From assembly GCA_021162785.1 (NCBI GenBank), contig JAGGYA010000010.1, positions 1,017 to 65,016 of the forward strand: a stretch of DNA of 64,000 bases, given 5' to 3'. The position numbers and the translations under genes were made by a program. Each line of letters opens with the position of its first letter. Within the stretch, counting starts at the first letter, position 1. Under the pieces are notes generated by a model. That model was not told where the DNA came from and did no database searches. It saw only the letters and a program-made list of their open reading frames with translations. Below are positions 53,565-62,573 of the stretch, piece after piece. Origin of the DNA: Candidatus Calescamantes bacterium (lineage in GTDB: Bacteria; CAIJMQ01; JAADFP01).

Positions 53565-54629
53565 ATGATGAAGAAAGAGGCGATTGGTTTTCTAAGACAA
53601 ATTATAAATACCCCTTCACCTTCCGGATTTGAACAGCCTGTCCAGAAATTAATTAAGCAGGAATTAGAAAAATTTGCTGTGGAAGTAAAAGTAGATGTAA
53701 TGGGTAATGTAATGGGAGTAGTTAATAAAGGAGGGAAACCCAGGATAATGGTAGCCGGGCATTGTGATGAAATTGGGTTGATGGTTAAGTATATCGATGA
53801 AAATGGTTATATCTTTTTCACAACTATTGGGGGTGTGGATGCTCATCTTTTACCGGGTAGAAGAGTTTATATCTGGCATGGAGAGGAAAAGATTTGCGGG
53901 GTAATAGGAAGAAAACCCATTCACCTTTTGGAAGAGGAGGAGAGGAAAAAGGTTAGTAAAATTGAAGACATGTTCATTGATATTGGTGCTAAAGATCGCC
54001 AGGAAGCCGAGAGTCTCATATCCATAGGTGACCCCATTACTTTTAGTGAAGAATTCCTCCCTTTAAGGGGGGAAAAGGTAATTGGGAGAGGATTTGATGA
54101 TAGAATAGGCGCTTTTATCACTGTGGAAGTGTTGCGAGAACTTAGCAGGAGGGAATTAAATGCGGAAGTCTACGGTGTTTCTACTGTCCAGGAGGAGGTA
54201 GGGTTGAGAGGAGCACGAATCTCCACTTTTTCTATCCATCCGGATATAGGTTTATGTATTGAGGTTGGATTTGCTACAGATTTCCCAGGAGTGGAGAAGA
54301 AGAAAGTGGGTGAGGTAAAAGTGGGTAAAGGCCCTATTATTGCCCGGGGTCCTAATATAAATCCTGTGCTTTACCAAATCTTCCTTTCTGTGGCGGAGGA
54401 GAAAGGGATCCCTATACAAACCAGTGGAGAACCAAGGGGTACCCCCACCGATGCTAATGTAATGCAACTTTCAAGAGAGGGAGTAGCAACTGCACTGGTA
54501 AGTGTTCCCCTTAGATATATGCATACCCCTTCCGAACTAATTTCTTTGGAAGATGTAGAAAATACTATAAAACTGATAGTTGAAACTATCCTGAGAATAA
54601 CCCCGGATATTTCTTTTCTCCCTTTATAA
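53565..54629 (+). CDS. M42 family metallopeptidase (FrvX / glutamyl aminopeptidase-like)
   Basis: 354 aa; ...TPSPSGFEQPV...VMGNVMG...IMVAGHCDEIGLMV... Confidence 0.85.
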   Translation: MMKKEAIGFLRQIINTPSPSGFEQPVQKLIKQELEKFAVEVKVDVMGNVMGVVNKGGKPRIMVAGHCDEIGLMVKYIDENGYIFFTTIGGVDAHLLPGRRVYIWHGEEKICGVIGRKPIHLLEEEERKKVSKIEDMFIDIGAKDRQEAESLISIGDPITFSEEFLPLRGEKVIGRGFDDRIGAFITVEVLRELSRRELNAEVYGVSTVQEEVGLRGARISTFSIHPDIGLCIEVGFATDFPGVEKKKVGEVKVGKGPIIARGPNINPVLYQIFLSVAEEKGIPIQTSGEPRGTPTDANVMQLSREGVATALVSVPLRYMHTPSELISLEDVENTIKLIVETILRITPDISFLPL

Positions 54630-55461
54630 AACCGCTTATTTTCCTAAGTTCAAAGAATTTCTTCTTGAAAGAGGGGAGCAAGGAGGCATAAATATAAAAT
54701 TTTTTTCCTGCTTTAACAATATCTAAAGGGATAATTTCCAAAAATTTACTTCCTCCTTCCCATTTATACTCTATGACAATCCTTTCTCTATTTTCCACCC
54801 AGGGATTGAGGAAAGGGAGTTCTTCTTGAAGTTTTATGCCTGGAAGAAATCCATCTTTCAATTCAATAATATTTTTTTCCTGGATTAATTCTCTCAGTTT
54901 TTTCACCCCTGTTTTTTCCAAGACCCTTAAAAATATCTCTTTAACTGCTAAAGAATCTTCTACTGCCCTATGGAAGTGAAAATTTCTTTTTCTTCCCATC
55001 CCTTCTACCACCTTTTTCAAAGAAAGACCCTTTTCTACAGGCAAAAGGTGGCGGTAAGTTTTGATAATTTGATAGAGATCAATTACCGGGAGTGAGGGTG
55101 GTGAAATTCCATAATCGTAAAAAGCTTTTCCAAGAAAGGAAAGGTCAAACCAGGCATTATAAAAGATTACCAATGTATCCCAGTCTAAAAATTCTTTTAA
55201 AGAAACCAAAACTTTTCTTATATTTGGTTTTCCCTTTACATCTTCATCTGTGATACCATGAATACGGGAAACATGATGAGGGATAGGTATACCAGGATTT
55301 ACAAGAGAATGAAAATCCCCCCTTACTTCCTTAGTGGTAAATTTTATTCCCCCAATTTCAACTATTCTGTCTTCTACAGGGGATAGTCCAGTAGTTTCAA
55401 TATCTAAAGCAACAAAAATAATTTTTTCTATGGGAGCATTTAGCCATCGTTGGATATCCAT
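54586..55461 (-). CDS. DEDDh 3'-5' exonuclease (DnaQ/PolIII epsilon-like) with ~120-aa C-terminal extension
   Basis: From the internal start MDIQRWL..IIFVALDIETTGLSPVEDRIVEIGGIKF (Exo I), ...HRAVEDSLA (Exo III). The ORF-track start at 55554 is a 31-aa N-terminal over-extension. Confidence 0.75.
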   Translation of the reverse strand: MDIQRWLNAPIEKIIFVALDIETTGLSPVEDRIVEIGGIKFTTKEVRGDFHSLVNPGIPIPHHVSRIHGITDEDVKGKPNIRKVLVSLKEFLDWDTLVIFYNAWFDLSFLGKAFYDYGISPPSLPVIDLYQIIKTYRHLLPVEKGLSLKKVVEGMGRKRNFHFHRAVEDSLAVKEIFLRVLEKTGVKKLRELIQEKNIIELKDGFLPGIKLQEELPFLNPWVENRERIVIEYKWEGGSKFLEIIPLDIVKAGKKFYIYASLLPSFKKKFFELRKISGFIKGEKKYPGLFSG

Positions 55462-55489
55462 TTTATTTTGAGAAAATTTTACCAAAATA

Positions 55490-57436
55490 GTGATATACTC
55501 TAAAGACTTTATGATTAAATTAGACCCTTTCCAAGAAGAAGCAATAAAATACATAAAAGAAGGGTATTCTGTAATTGTTTCTGCACCTACAGGTGCAGGA
55601 AAGACCTTAATTGCTGAAAAGGTAATTGAGGAAAGTATTAAAGAAGGTAAAGGTGTTATTTATACTGCTCCCATTAAAGCACTCAGTAATCAAAAATTCA
55701 GAGATTTTTCTTCCCTCTTTCCTGGAAGGGTAGGAATAATCACAGGTGATGTAAGTGTTAATTCTCAGAATCCCGTTTTAATTATGACCACTGAGATATT
55801 CAGGAACTATATTTTAGAGAAGGAAGAAAAACTGGAAGATAAATCCTGGGTAATTTTTGATGAGATACATTATTTAGATGATGTGGAAAGAGGCACAGTA
55901 TGGGAAGAATCTTTAATTTTACTCCCTTCTCATATGCGATTTCTTGCTCTAAGTGCTACAATCCCAAATATAGATTCCCTTACCCGTTGGCTGGAAGAAA
56001 TACATCCTTTCCCAGTAAAAAAGGTGGTGGAAAAGGAGAGACCCGTGCCATTGAGAATGTATTTCCAATACCAAAATCAAATTATTCGCTCCCTGAGAAA
56101 ACTGGAAAAGTTACTTTTCCAATACGACCCTTGGAGCAGGGTAAAACCAAATCGAATAAAGGATTTAGTAAAACATCTAAAGGAAAATGATCGACTTCCC
56201 GCAATTTACTTCGTCTTTTCAAGAAAGAAATGTGAAGAACTTGCCTGGGAAATGATAGGGGAAGATTTCCTCAATTTTAAGGAAAAAGAGAAAGTTCTTT
56301 CTGATTTTAGAGAGCTGATAATAAAGCTTGGATTGGAGAACGAAAGATGGAGTAGTGAAGTGGAACCATTGATTGAAAAAGGTATTGCTTATCATCACGC
56401 AGGGATGTTACCTATGGCTAAGGAAGTAATTGAGAGGCTCTTTACTCAAGGGTTGATAAAACTGATTTTCACTACAGAAACTTTTGCTTTAGGAATAAAT
56501 ATGCCAGCCCGTTCGGTATGTTTTGATGATTTAATCAAGTCTACAGGAAGAGGTAAACGCCCCCTTAAGGTAAGAGAATTTTATCAAATGGCGGGTAGGG
56601 CTGGAAGGAGGGGGATTGACGAGGAAGGATTTGTTTATCTGAGGATAAACCCTCATCATTTGAACCCCTGGGAGGTAAGGAGGATTATCTACGGGAAACC
56701 AGAACCTGTAAGAAGTCAGTTTAATGCCTCTTATGGCACAATATTAAATCTCTACAGGAGGTTGAGGGAAGGACTGGTAGAGATTTACCCATTGAGTTTT
56801 CATTTTTATCAGCAGAAAAAGAGAGGGAGGAAAAGAGGAAAGGAACTTATTCAAAACAAATTAAAGTTATTGAAGGATTTGGGGTATATTACTTCCACAG
56901 GATTATCCCTTAAAGGAGAGTTTAGTTCCCATTTATTTGGCTATGAATTAATTTTTGGGGAATTATTTGAAGAGGGTTTCTTGGATAAACTCCCTCCCTT
57001 TGAACTTGCTTCCTTGGTTTGTGGAGTAGTAAGTGAGGTGAGAAGGGGAATGGAATTGCCTTCTTTTCCACCCCGGATAAGAGGTATCAAAAATAAGCTG
57101 GAAATATTGGTAGAATTTTTAAGAAAAAAAGAAAGGAAATACAAAGTTTACCCTTTGACAAAAAAACCCCAATTTCACTTGGTGCCAGGTCTTCTGGTCT
57201 GGATGAAGGAAGGGAATTTTGAGAAAGCTCAAAAATTGACTAAAATGGATGAAGGGGAGATTATAAGGAATTTCCGGTTATGCATCCAGGTTTTGAGAAA
57301 TATTAGCGAAGGGAAGGCAAGTAGCCAACTTCGAGATAATGCTAAGAAAGCATTGGAGATGATAAAATGGGGAATAGTAGATGCGGAAAAAGAGTTAATG
57401 CTGGAGTTAGGGAGAGGAGGGGAAGAAAATGCCTGA
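55490..57436 (+). CDS. Ski2/Hel308-like superfamily-2 DExH helicase with C-terminal DSHCT-like domain
   Basis: 648 aa; FQEEAI...SAPTGAGKT (I), DEIHY (II), SAT (III), HHAGM (IVa, Ski2-type), QMAGRAGRRG (VI); helical C-terminal domain. Confidence 0.8.
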   Translation: MIYSKDFMIKLDPFQEEAIKYIKEGYSVIVSAPTGAGKTLIAEKVIEESIKEGKGVIYTAPIKALSNQKFRDFSSLFPGRVGIITGDVSVNSQNPVLIMTTEIFRNYILEKEEKLEDKSWVIFDEIHYLDDVERGTVWEESLILLPSHMRFLALSATIPNIDSLTRWLEEIHPFPVKKVVEKERPVPLRMYFQYQNQIIRSLRKLEKLLFQYDPWSRVKPNRIKDLVKHLKENDRLPAIYFVFSRKKCEELAWEMIGEDFLNFKEKEKVLSDFRELIIKLGLENERWSSEVEPLIEKGIAYHHAGMLPMAKEVIERLFTQGLIKLIFTTETFALGINMPARSVCFDDLIKSTGRGKRPLKVREFYQMAGRAGRRGIDEEGFVYLRINPHHLNPWEVRRIIYGKPEPVRSQFNASYGTILNLYRRLREGLVEIYPLSFHFYQQKKRGRKRGKELIQNKLKLLKDLGYITSTGLSLKGEFSSHLFGYELIFGELFEEGFLDKLPPFELASLVCGVVSEVRRGMELPSFPPRIRGIKNKLEILVEFLRKKERKYKVYPLTKKPQFHLVPGLLVWMKEGNFEKAQKLTKMDEGEIIRNFRLCIQVLRNISEGKASSQLRDNAKKALEMIKWGIVDAEKELMLELGRGGEENA

Positions 57437-58247
57437 GATGCCTGAAGTGGAGACTATAAGAAAGGATATGGAAATGAGGATTGGAAATAAAAAAATTGTA
57501 AATGTTGAGGTTTTAGATAAGGCTTACTTTAAAGATACACCACCTGAGAAAATCAAAAAGGTTTTAATAGGACAAAATTTTGAAGAATATCTTAGAAGAG
57601 CTAAATACCTAATTCTTAAGCTCCCCCAGGGATATTTGATTTTTCATTTGGGACTTACAGGAGTCCTTCTTTATTACTCCAAAAAAACAGAACCATCCCC
57701 TTATACAAAGTTCCGCATAACTTTTGAAGATGGATCAGAACTACATTATGAAGACATGAGGAAACTGGGGCATATTTGGTGGGTGGAAGATTATAAAAAT
57801 CATCCTACAATTGCTGAGCTTGGTCCAGAACCTCTCAGTGAGAATTTTACCTTGGGGTGGTTTAAAGAAAATTTAAAAAAGAAGAGAAGAGCAAAGATTA
57901 AACCTTTACTTATGGATCAAACCTTTATTTCGGGTGTAGGTAATATTTATTCTAATGAGGCACTTTTCCGTGCAAGAATCCATCCGGAAAGGTTTGCGGG
58001 AAGTTTGAGTGATGAAGAAGTAGAGGAACTTTATAAGCAGATTAATGCGGTGATTGAGGAAGCTATTAAATTTAGAGGTAGTTCTGTGGATGCTTACCGA
58101 GACTTACAGGGAGAGAAGGGGAGATACGAAGAGAAGTTGCTTGTTTATGGAAAGGAAGGGGAACCCTGTCCCCGTTGTGGCAGAATCATAAAAAGTAAAA
58201 AATTGGCGGGGAGAGGGACTTATTTCTGCGAAAACTGCCAACATTAA
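57429..58247 (+). CDS. mutM: formamidopyrimidine-DNA glycosylase
   Basis: 272 aa; MPEMPEVETIRK (cf. E. coli MPELPEVET), H2TH domain, C-terminal CPRCG...CENCQ zinc finger. 8-nt overlap with the helicase gene. Confidence 0.9.
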   Translation: MPEMPEVETIRKDMEMRIGNKKIVNVEVLDKAYFKDTPPEKIKKVLIGQNFEEYLRRAKYLILKLPQGYLIFHLGLTGVLLYYSKKTEPSPYTKFRITFEDGSELHYEDMRKLGHIWWVEDYKNHPTIAELGPEPLSENFTLGWFKENLKKKRRAKIKPLLMDQTFISGVGNIYSNEALFRARIHPERFAGSLSDEEVEELYKQINAVIEEAIKFRGSSVDAYRDLQGEKGRYEEKLLVYGKEGEPCPRCGRIIKSKKLAGRGTYFCENCQH

Positions 58248-58326
58248 TTTCCATGCATCTTCTATCTTTACACCCTGAAATATTTGGGGAAGATGAAATA
58301 ATCCTTCCCTCCTAAACAGCAGAATA

Positions 58327-60162
58327 ATGATAGCAGATATATTACTTCCTTTTGGAGTATTCAGTTATAGATACTCCACTCCTCAAGAAGAAGTAAGGAT
58401 TGGGAAAAGAGTGGAAGTTGAGGTTAAAGGTAAGCCTTTTATAGGGTTTGTTATTAATAAAAGAGAAGGCAAAGAAAGAAACCTTAAACCCATAAAGAGA
58501 GTAATAGACTCCTCTCCCGTAATACTTCCCCTTCAAGCCAGATTTTCCACAGCCATAAGTGATCATTACCTTTTACCCCTTTACCAAGTGATGGAAGAAT
58601 TCATCCCCACAAAATTAAAGAAAAAAGGATTGCGTGAAGCCCTCCCCTCACAGGAAAATCAAACTAACCAATCCTTTTCTATCTGGTTGTGTTTGTCTCC
58701 CCATGAGGAATCTCGCTGGAAGAGTTTTATGGGAGAAATTAGGAAGACCCTAAAAAATGATGGAACAGTTTTAATTATATTCCCCCAATATGTGCCTTAT
58801 CTTCATCTATTTGACCGATTGAGTTTTGAATTTAAAGAATATTTTTGTTTTTATTCTTCAGAGATTCCAGTTTCTCAACAATATAAAATTTGGAAATCAG
58901 TGTATAAAGGAGAAAAAAAGATCATTGCTGGCACCTGGAAGGCTCTTTTCCTCCCCTTTAGCCATTTAAAACTAATAATAGTTGAGTCTATGCATTCTCC
59001 AGTGTATAAAACTAAGAGATATCCTTATTTTTGGGCTCCCTTCTTGGCCGAGCTTTTAAGTAAAGAAGGAAAAGCAAACCTAATTCTTTCTTCTCCAGTT
59101 CCCCCCTTAGAATACTTGTATCGATGGAAACAAAAGGAAATTAAATTATATGAAACTCATGGAGAAAACTCACCTCCCAAAGTAGTGGTTGTAAACATGA
59201 GGAGAGAGAAAAAAATTAATAAACAGTCAGGTATTTCTTCCTATCTAAGAGAAAGAATTGAAGAAAAAATTTCCCAAGGGGAGAAAGTAGCTATTCTTTC
59301 TATTCGCAAAGGTTATGCAGGTTATAGAATCTGTAAAAGATGCAGGTATGTGCAGAGATGTAAACAATGTGGGATTCCCCTTGCTTATCACAAACCCAAT
59401 AAAATGGTCTGTCATCAATGTGGAAGAGAAGAGGAACCGGAGGAGATTTGTCCCCGCTGCCAGGGAGCATATACTCGCGAAAAATCTCCCGGCACCCAGA
59501 AAATAATGGAACGGTTAAAAATACTCTTTCCTCAGACAACGATCCTTAAATTGGATAAGGACTCTTCCCTTACTTCTGAGGGGAATTCTTTTTCCATAGT
59601 TGTGGGGACTATTTATTTGGAGAGGATTATCCGAAAATTTAACTTTAGTTTATTTGGATTGACAAACGCGGATACCTATCTTTACCGATCCCATTATCTT
59701 TCCCATGAACGAACATTTCAACTAATAGGGGAATGGATTTCTCATTTTTATGATGAAGAGAAGGAAGTAGTAATACAGACTTATCATCCTGAGAATGCTT
59801 TTATAAAATATGCTGTTTCTCTTGATATTGAAGGATTTTACTCAGAGGAAATTAAAATTCGAAAAGAGCTTGGCTATCCACCTTTTTCCAGCGTAGTGAA
59901 CATCCTTATTAAGGGTGCACATCCGGTAAAGGTGGAAAGAAGTGCATTGGTTATAAAAGAGTATTTAAAAAATAAGGAACTGGAAATCTTAGGCCCAGCT
60001 CTTCTTAAAAGGGAGAAGAACAGATTTTCCACTTTTATTTTGCTTAAGTCTCCTTTTCAGGAGAAATTAAGGAAAATCCTTAAAGACTTCCTCTCTAACC
60101 AATCCCATTTAGTGGAAAAAAATGTTATGTGCCTATTAGATTTCCATCCACAAATTTGTTGA
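58327..60162 (+). CDS. priA: PriA-like primosomal protein with degenerate (inactive) helicase motifs
   Basis: 611 aa. N-terminal 3'-DNA-binding domain, PriA Cys-rich region (CKRCRYVQRCKQCG...CHQCG...CPRCQ) and PriA C-terminal domain are present. Walker A is replaced by LSPHEESR, motif II DEEH by ESMH, and motif VI has no Arg. Confidence 0.7.
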   Translation: MIADILLPFGVFSYRYSTPQEEVRIGKRVEVEVKGKPFIGFVINKREGKERNLKPIKRVIDSSPVILPLQARFSTAISDHYLLPLYQVMEEFIPTKLKKKGLREALPSQENQTNQSFSIWLCLSPHEESRWKSFMGEIRKTLKNDGTVLIIFPQYVPYLHLFDRLSFEFKEYFCFYSSEIPVSQQYKIWKSVYKGEKKIIAGTWKALFLPFSHLKLIIVESMHSPVYKTKRYPYFWAPFLAELLSKEGKANLILSSPVPPLEYLYRWKQKEIKLYETHGENSPPKVVVVNMRREKKINKQSGISSYLRERIEEKISQGEKVAILSIRKGYAGYRICKRCRYVQRCKQCGIPLAYHKPNKMVCHQCGREEEPEEICPRCQGAYTREKSPGTQKIMERLKILFPQTTILKLDKDSSLTSEGNSFSIVVGTIYLERIIRKFNFSLFGLTNADTYLYRSHYLSHERTFQLIGEWISHFYDEEKEVVIQTYHPENAFIKYAVSLDIEGFYSEEIKIRKELGYPPFSSVVNILIKGAHPVKVERSALVIKEYLKNKELEILGPALLKREKNRFSTFILLKSPFQEKLRKILKDFLSNQSHLVEKNVMCLLDFHPQIC

Positions 60163-60194
60163 CTTTACCCCCCTTTTTGGAGTATAAGTATTCC

Positions 60195-61724
60195 ATGGCA
60201 AGATATAAGGATGTTCTTTTAATTGACTTAGGAAATTCTGGAATTAAGATTATCGAAGTTCGAGGTAAACAGATTATTAATTATGCTTATAGAGAAGTTG
60301 ATCCTTCCCTGGAAGGAGAAGAAAAGAAGATAGCTTTCCGCCAGGCAATAAGGGGAATATTAGAAAATCATCGATTCAGAACAAAATTAGCTCTTTTAGT
60401 GATTTCTTCCCCTCGTATTTACATACGTTCCTTGGTTTACCCCCCTATACCTAAGGAAGATTTGTGGATTGTAATGGAGAGAGACGCACAGGTGCATCTC
60501 CCCCCTACTCAAGGAAAAGTTTTGCTTGATTTTTTCCTCCAAGAGGAAAAGGAAGGTGAAAGGAGATATAAAGTAGTTTTCTGTGATGAAGCAGAAGTTG
60601 ATGATAGGGTTGGTCTATTGGAAGAGGTAGGATGGAGAGTTTTTCAAGTTGTCCCTTCTCCTTACTCCGCAATAAATGCTCTCCCGGAAGAAAAGAAAAG
60701 AGGAGTTAGAGCAGTTTTGGACATTGGAGCTAAAGGGAGCATACTTTCTATTGCAAAAGAAGGTAAATTTGAAATGTTATTAACCATCCCTGTGGGAGGA
60801 AATAATTTTACAGGTGTAATTTCTAATGCTTTAAATGTCTCTTTCCTTCAAGCTGAGGAACTAAAGAAAAAAGAGAATTTTCTTTCCCCCTCATCTCGAG
60901 TAGCTGAAACTTTAAGGAACCTCATTCTTCAATTGGCAGAAGAAGTAAAACTTGGTTTTCAGTTGTTTTCCAGAGAATCCAGAGGAGAAGGAGTGGAGGA
61001 GTTAATACTTACAGGAGGAGGTAGTAAATTAAGGGATTTGAAAAAAGTAATGGAAGAACATTTAGGAATAAAGATTAGCGAAGTAGATCTCTTACAGGAA
61101 TTTGATTTATCTTTACTTTCCTTAGAAAGAAAAGAATATCTTAAAGGATTGGCTCCCCTTTTCTGGAGTGTTTTAGGTGCTTGGGAATACGAAAAACTTC
61201 CTAATCTGGTTAGGAGAAAACACGAAAAGAAAAGGAGAGAAGAAAGGAAAAGAGCAGCACTTTTAACATATTTCATGGGGCTTATAATGGTTAGTGTTTT
61301 GGCAATTTCTCCTCAACTTATAAGAGGCTATCGATGGCGTTCAGAAATAGATTCAAACGCTAAAATTATTGAGAAACTTTTACCATTGATGGAAGAAGTA
61401 AATAAAATGGAGAAAGAGAAAAAGATTATTGAGGAAAAAATAAACTTTATTAGAGAATTTTATGAAAGAGGAGAAGCCCCTTGGAAGGAATTTTTCCGCA
61501 CCCTAAGTCTCACCATACCTCCAGATGTTTGGATCAATCGTATAGAGTATAGTGGTGGAAATAAAGTAAGTATTCGAGGTTCTGCACTATCTGGGGAAGA
61601 GATGAGCAAATGGATACAAGAATGGAAGAAATCACCAGCAGTGGAGGAAATAAGTATTCTGGCTGTAGAAGGAACAGAAGGAGGAAGAAGAGATTTTCAG
61701 TTAGAGGTAAAGATAAAGAGGTGA
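60195..61724 (+). CDS. pilMN: type IV pilus assembly protein PilM fused to PilN
   Basis: N-terminal actin-like ATPase fold (LLIDLGNSGIKIIEV...), TM helix (LLTYFMGLIMVSVLAI), periplasmic PilN-like domain. Start taken at MARYKD (60195). The ORF-track 60129 start overlaps priA. Confidence 0.65.
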   Translation: MARYKDVLLIDLGNSGIKIIEVRGKQIINYAYREVDPSLEGEEKKIAFRQAIRGILENHRFRTKLALLVISSPRIYIRSLVYPPIPKEDLWIVMERDAQVHLPPTQGKVLLDFFLQEEKEGERRYKVVFCDEAEVDDRVGLLEEVGWRVFQVVPSPYSAINALPEEKKRGVRAVLDIGAKGSILSIAKEGKFEMLLTIPVGGNNFTGVISNALNVSFLQAEELKKKENFLSPSSRVAETLRNLILQLAEEVKLGFQLFSRESRGEGVEELILTGGGSKLRDLKKVMEEHLGIKISEVDLLQEFDLSLLSLERKEYLKGLAPLFWSVLGAWEYEKLPNLVRRKHEKKRREERKRAALLTYFMGLIMVSVLAISPQLIRGYRWRSEIDSNAKIIEKLLPLMEEVNKMEKEKKIIEEKINFIREFYERGEAPWKEFFRTLSLTIPPDVWINRIEYSGGNKVSIRGSALSGEEMSKWIQEWKKSPAVEEISILAVEGTEGGRRDFQLEVKIKR

Positions 61725-61728
61725 AGGA

Positions 61729-62250
61729 GTGGATAGGAGAAAAGTAATTATAGTCACTCTCACCTTAATTTATGCTGGAATTTTCTATAAATTTGCCTTT
61801 AGACCCATCCATCTTAAAACTCGTAAACTCCATGAAAAACTCTTAAGTGTAAAAATGCAGGTATTAGAAATGAAAAAAGCAGTGAAGAAATTAGCTGATT
61901 TAGAAAGAGAAGTCCATAAGGTAAAGGAAACTTTGGAAAAAGAAGAAAAAAAGCTTTATACTCGAGAGGAAGTAAATGACTTTGTTTCTTCGCTGGCTGG
62001 TTTGCTTCATGAAAAGGGTTTAGATGTGGTTTCTATTAACCTGGCGGGTGAAAAAGAAGGGGCTCCTTATCCTGCTATTAAATTGGAGCTTTTTATCCGG
62101 GGTGATTTCCGAAGTATGGCTTCTTTTATAGCAGATTTAGAGAAAATAGAAAAAATGGCTCAGATAACTTTCTTTTCCATGGAAAGGGTTTCATTATCTC
62201 CTATTGTAATTCTAAACAGGTTATCTTTGGAATTAAGAGTTAAAGAATGA
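61729..62250 (+). CDS. pilO: type IV pilus assembly protein PilO-like
   Basis: 173 aa; N-terminal TM helix, coiled coil, C-terminal ferredoxin-like region. Position after pilMN. Confidence 0.45.
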   Translation: MDRRKVIIVTLTLIYAGIFYKFAFRPIHLKTRKLHEKLLSVKMQVLEMKKAVKKLADLEREVHKVKETLEKEEKKLYTREEVNDFVSSLAGLLHEKGLDVVSINLAGEKEGAPYPAIKLELFIRGDFRSMASFIADLEKIEKMAQITFFSMERVSLSPIVILNRLSLELRVKE

Positions 62251-62573
62251 AGATTTTTCTTTTAATAATTTTATTAACCTTTTCTATCATTATGGTGGGG
62301 GAGGATAAATGGGGTAGAGATCCCTTTCAGCCTCCGGAAGAGGAGAATATCCCGCCTCCCGAAATTCAACAACCTGAAGAAGTCTTGTCCACTGATGAAT
62401 TAGTGCTTTATGGAACACTGGTAGGTGCTGAGGGTGCAGTAGCAATCATAAACGGCAAAATTGTTAAAGAAGGAGAAAAAATTGGACAATATCAAGTGCT
62501 TTCTATAAAGAGAAAAAAAGTAATATTGGATAAGGAAGGCAAAAGATATGTTCTTTATTTAATGAGCCGTTGA
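62247..62573 (+). CDS. PilP-like small periplasmic/lipoprotein
   Basis: 108 aa; signal/TM segment, DPFQPP motif, then beta-rich domain (LYGTLVGAEGAVAIINGKIVKEGEKIGQYQVLSI). Confidence 0.35.
   Translation: MKIFLLIILLTFSIIMVGEDKWGRDPFQPPEEENIPPPEIQQPEEVLSTDELVLYGTLVGAEGAVAIINGKIVKEGEKIGQYQVLSIKRKKVILDKEGKRYVLYLMSR

Noticed and set aside
55462-55554. Longer start for the DnaQ-like exonuclease (MYFIASSWKGSNLIIKSLEYITILVKFSQNK...)
   Set aside because: The extension would overlap the divergent helicase start and is low-complexity. The conserved exonuclease domain begins right after the internal Met at 55461.
55900-56190. 96-aa alternate-frame ORF inside the helicase gene
   Set aside because: It is embedded in a conserved SF2 helicase reading frame, with no independent support.
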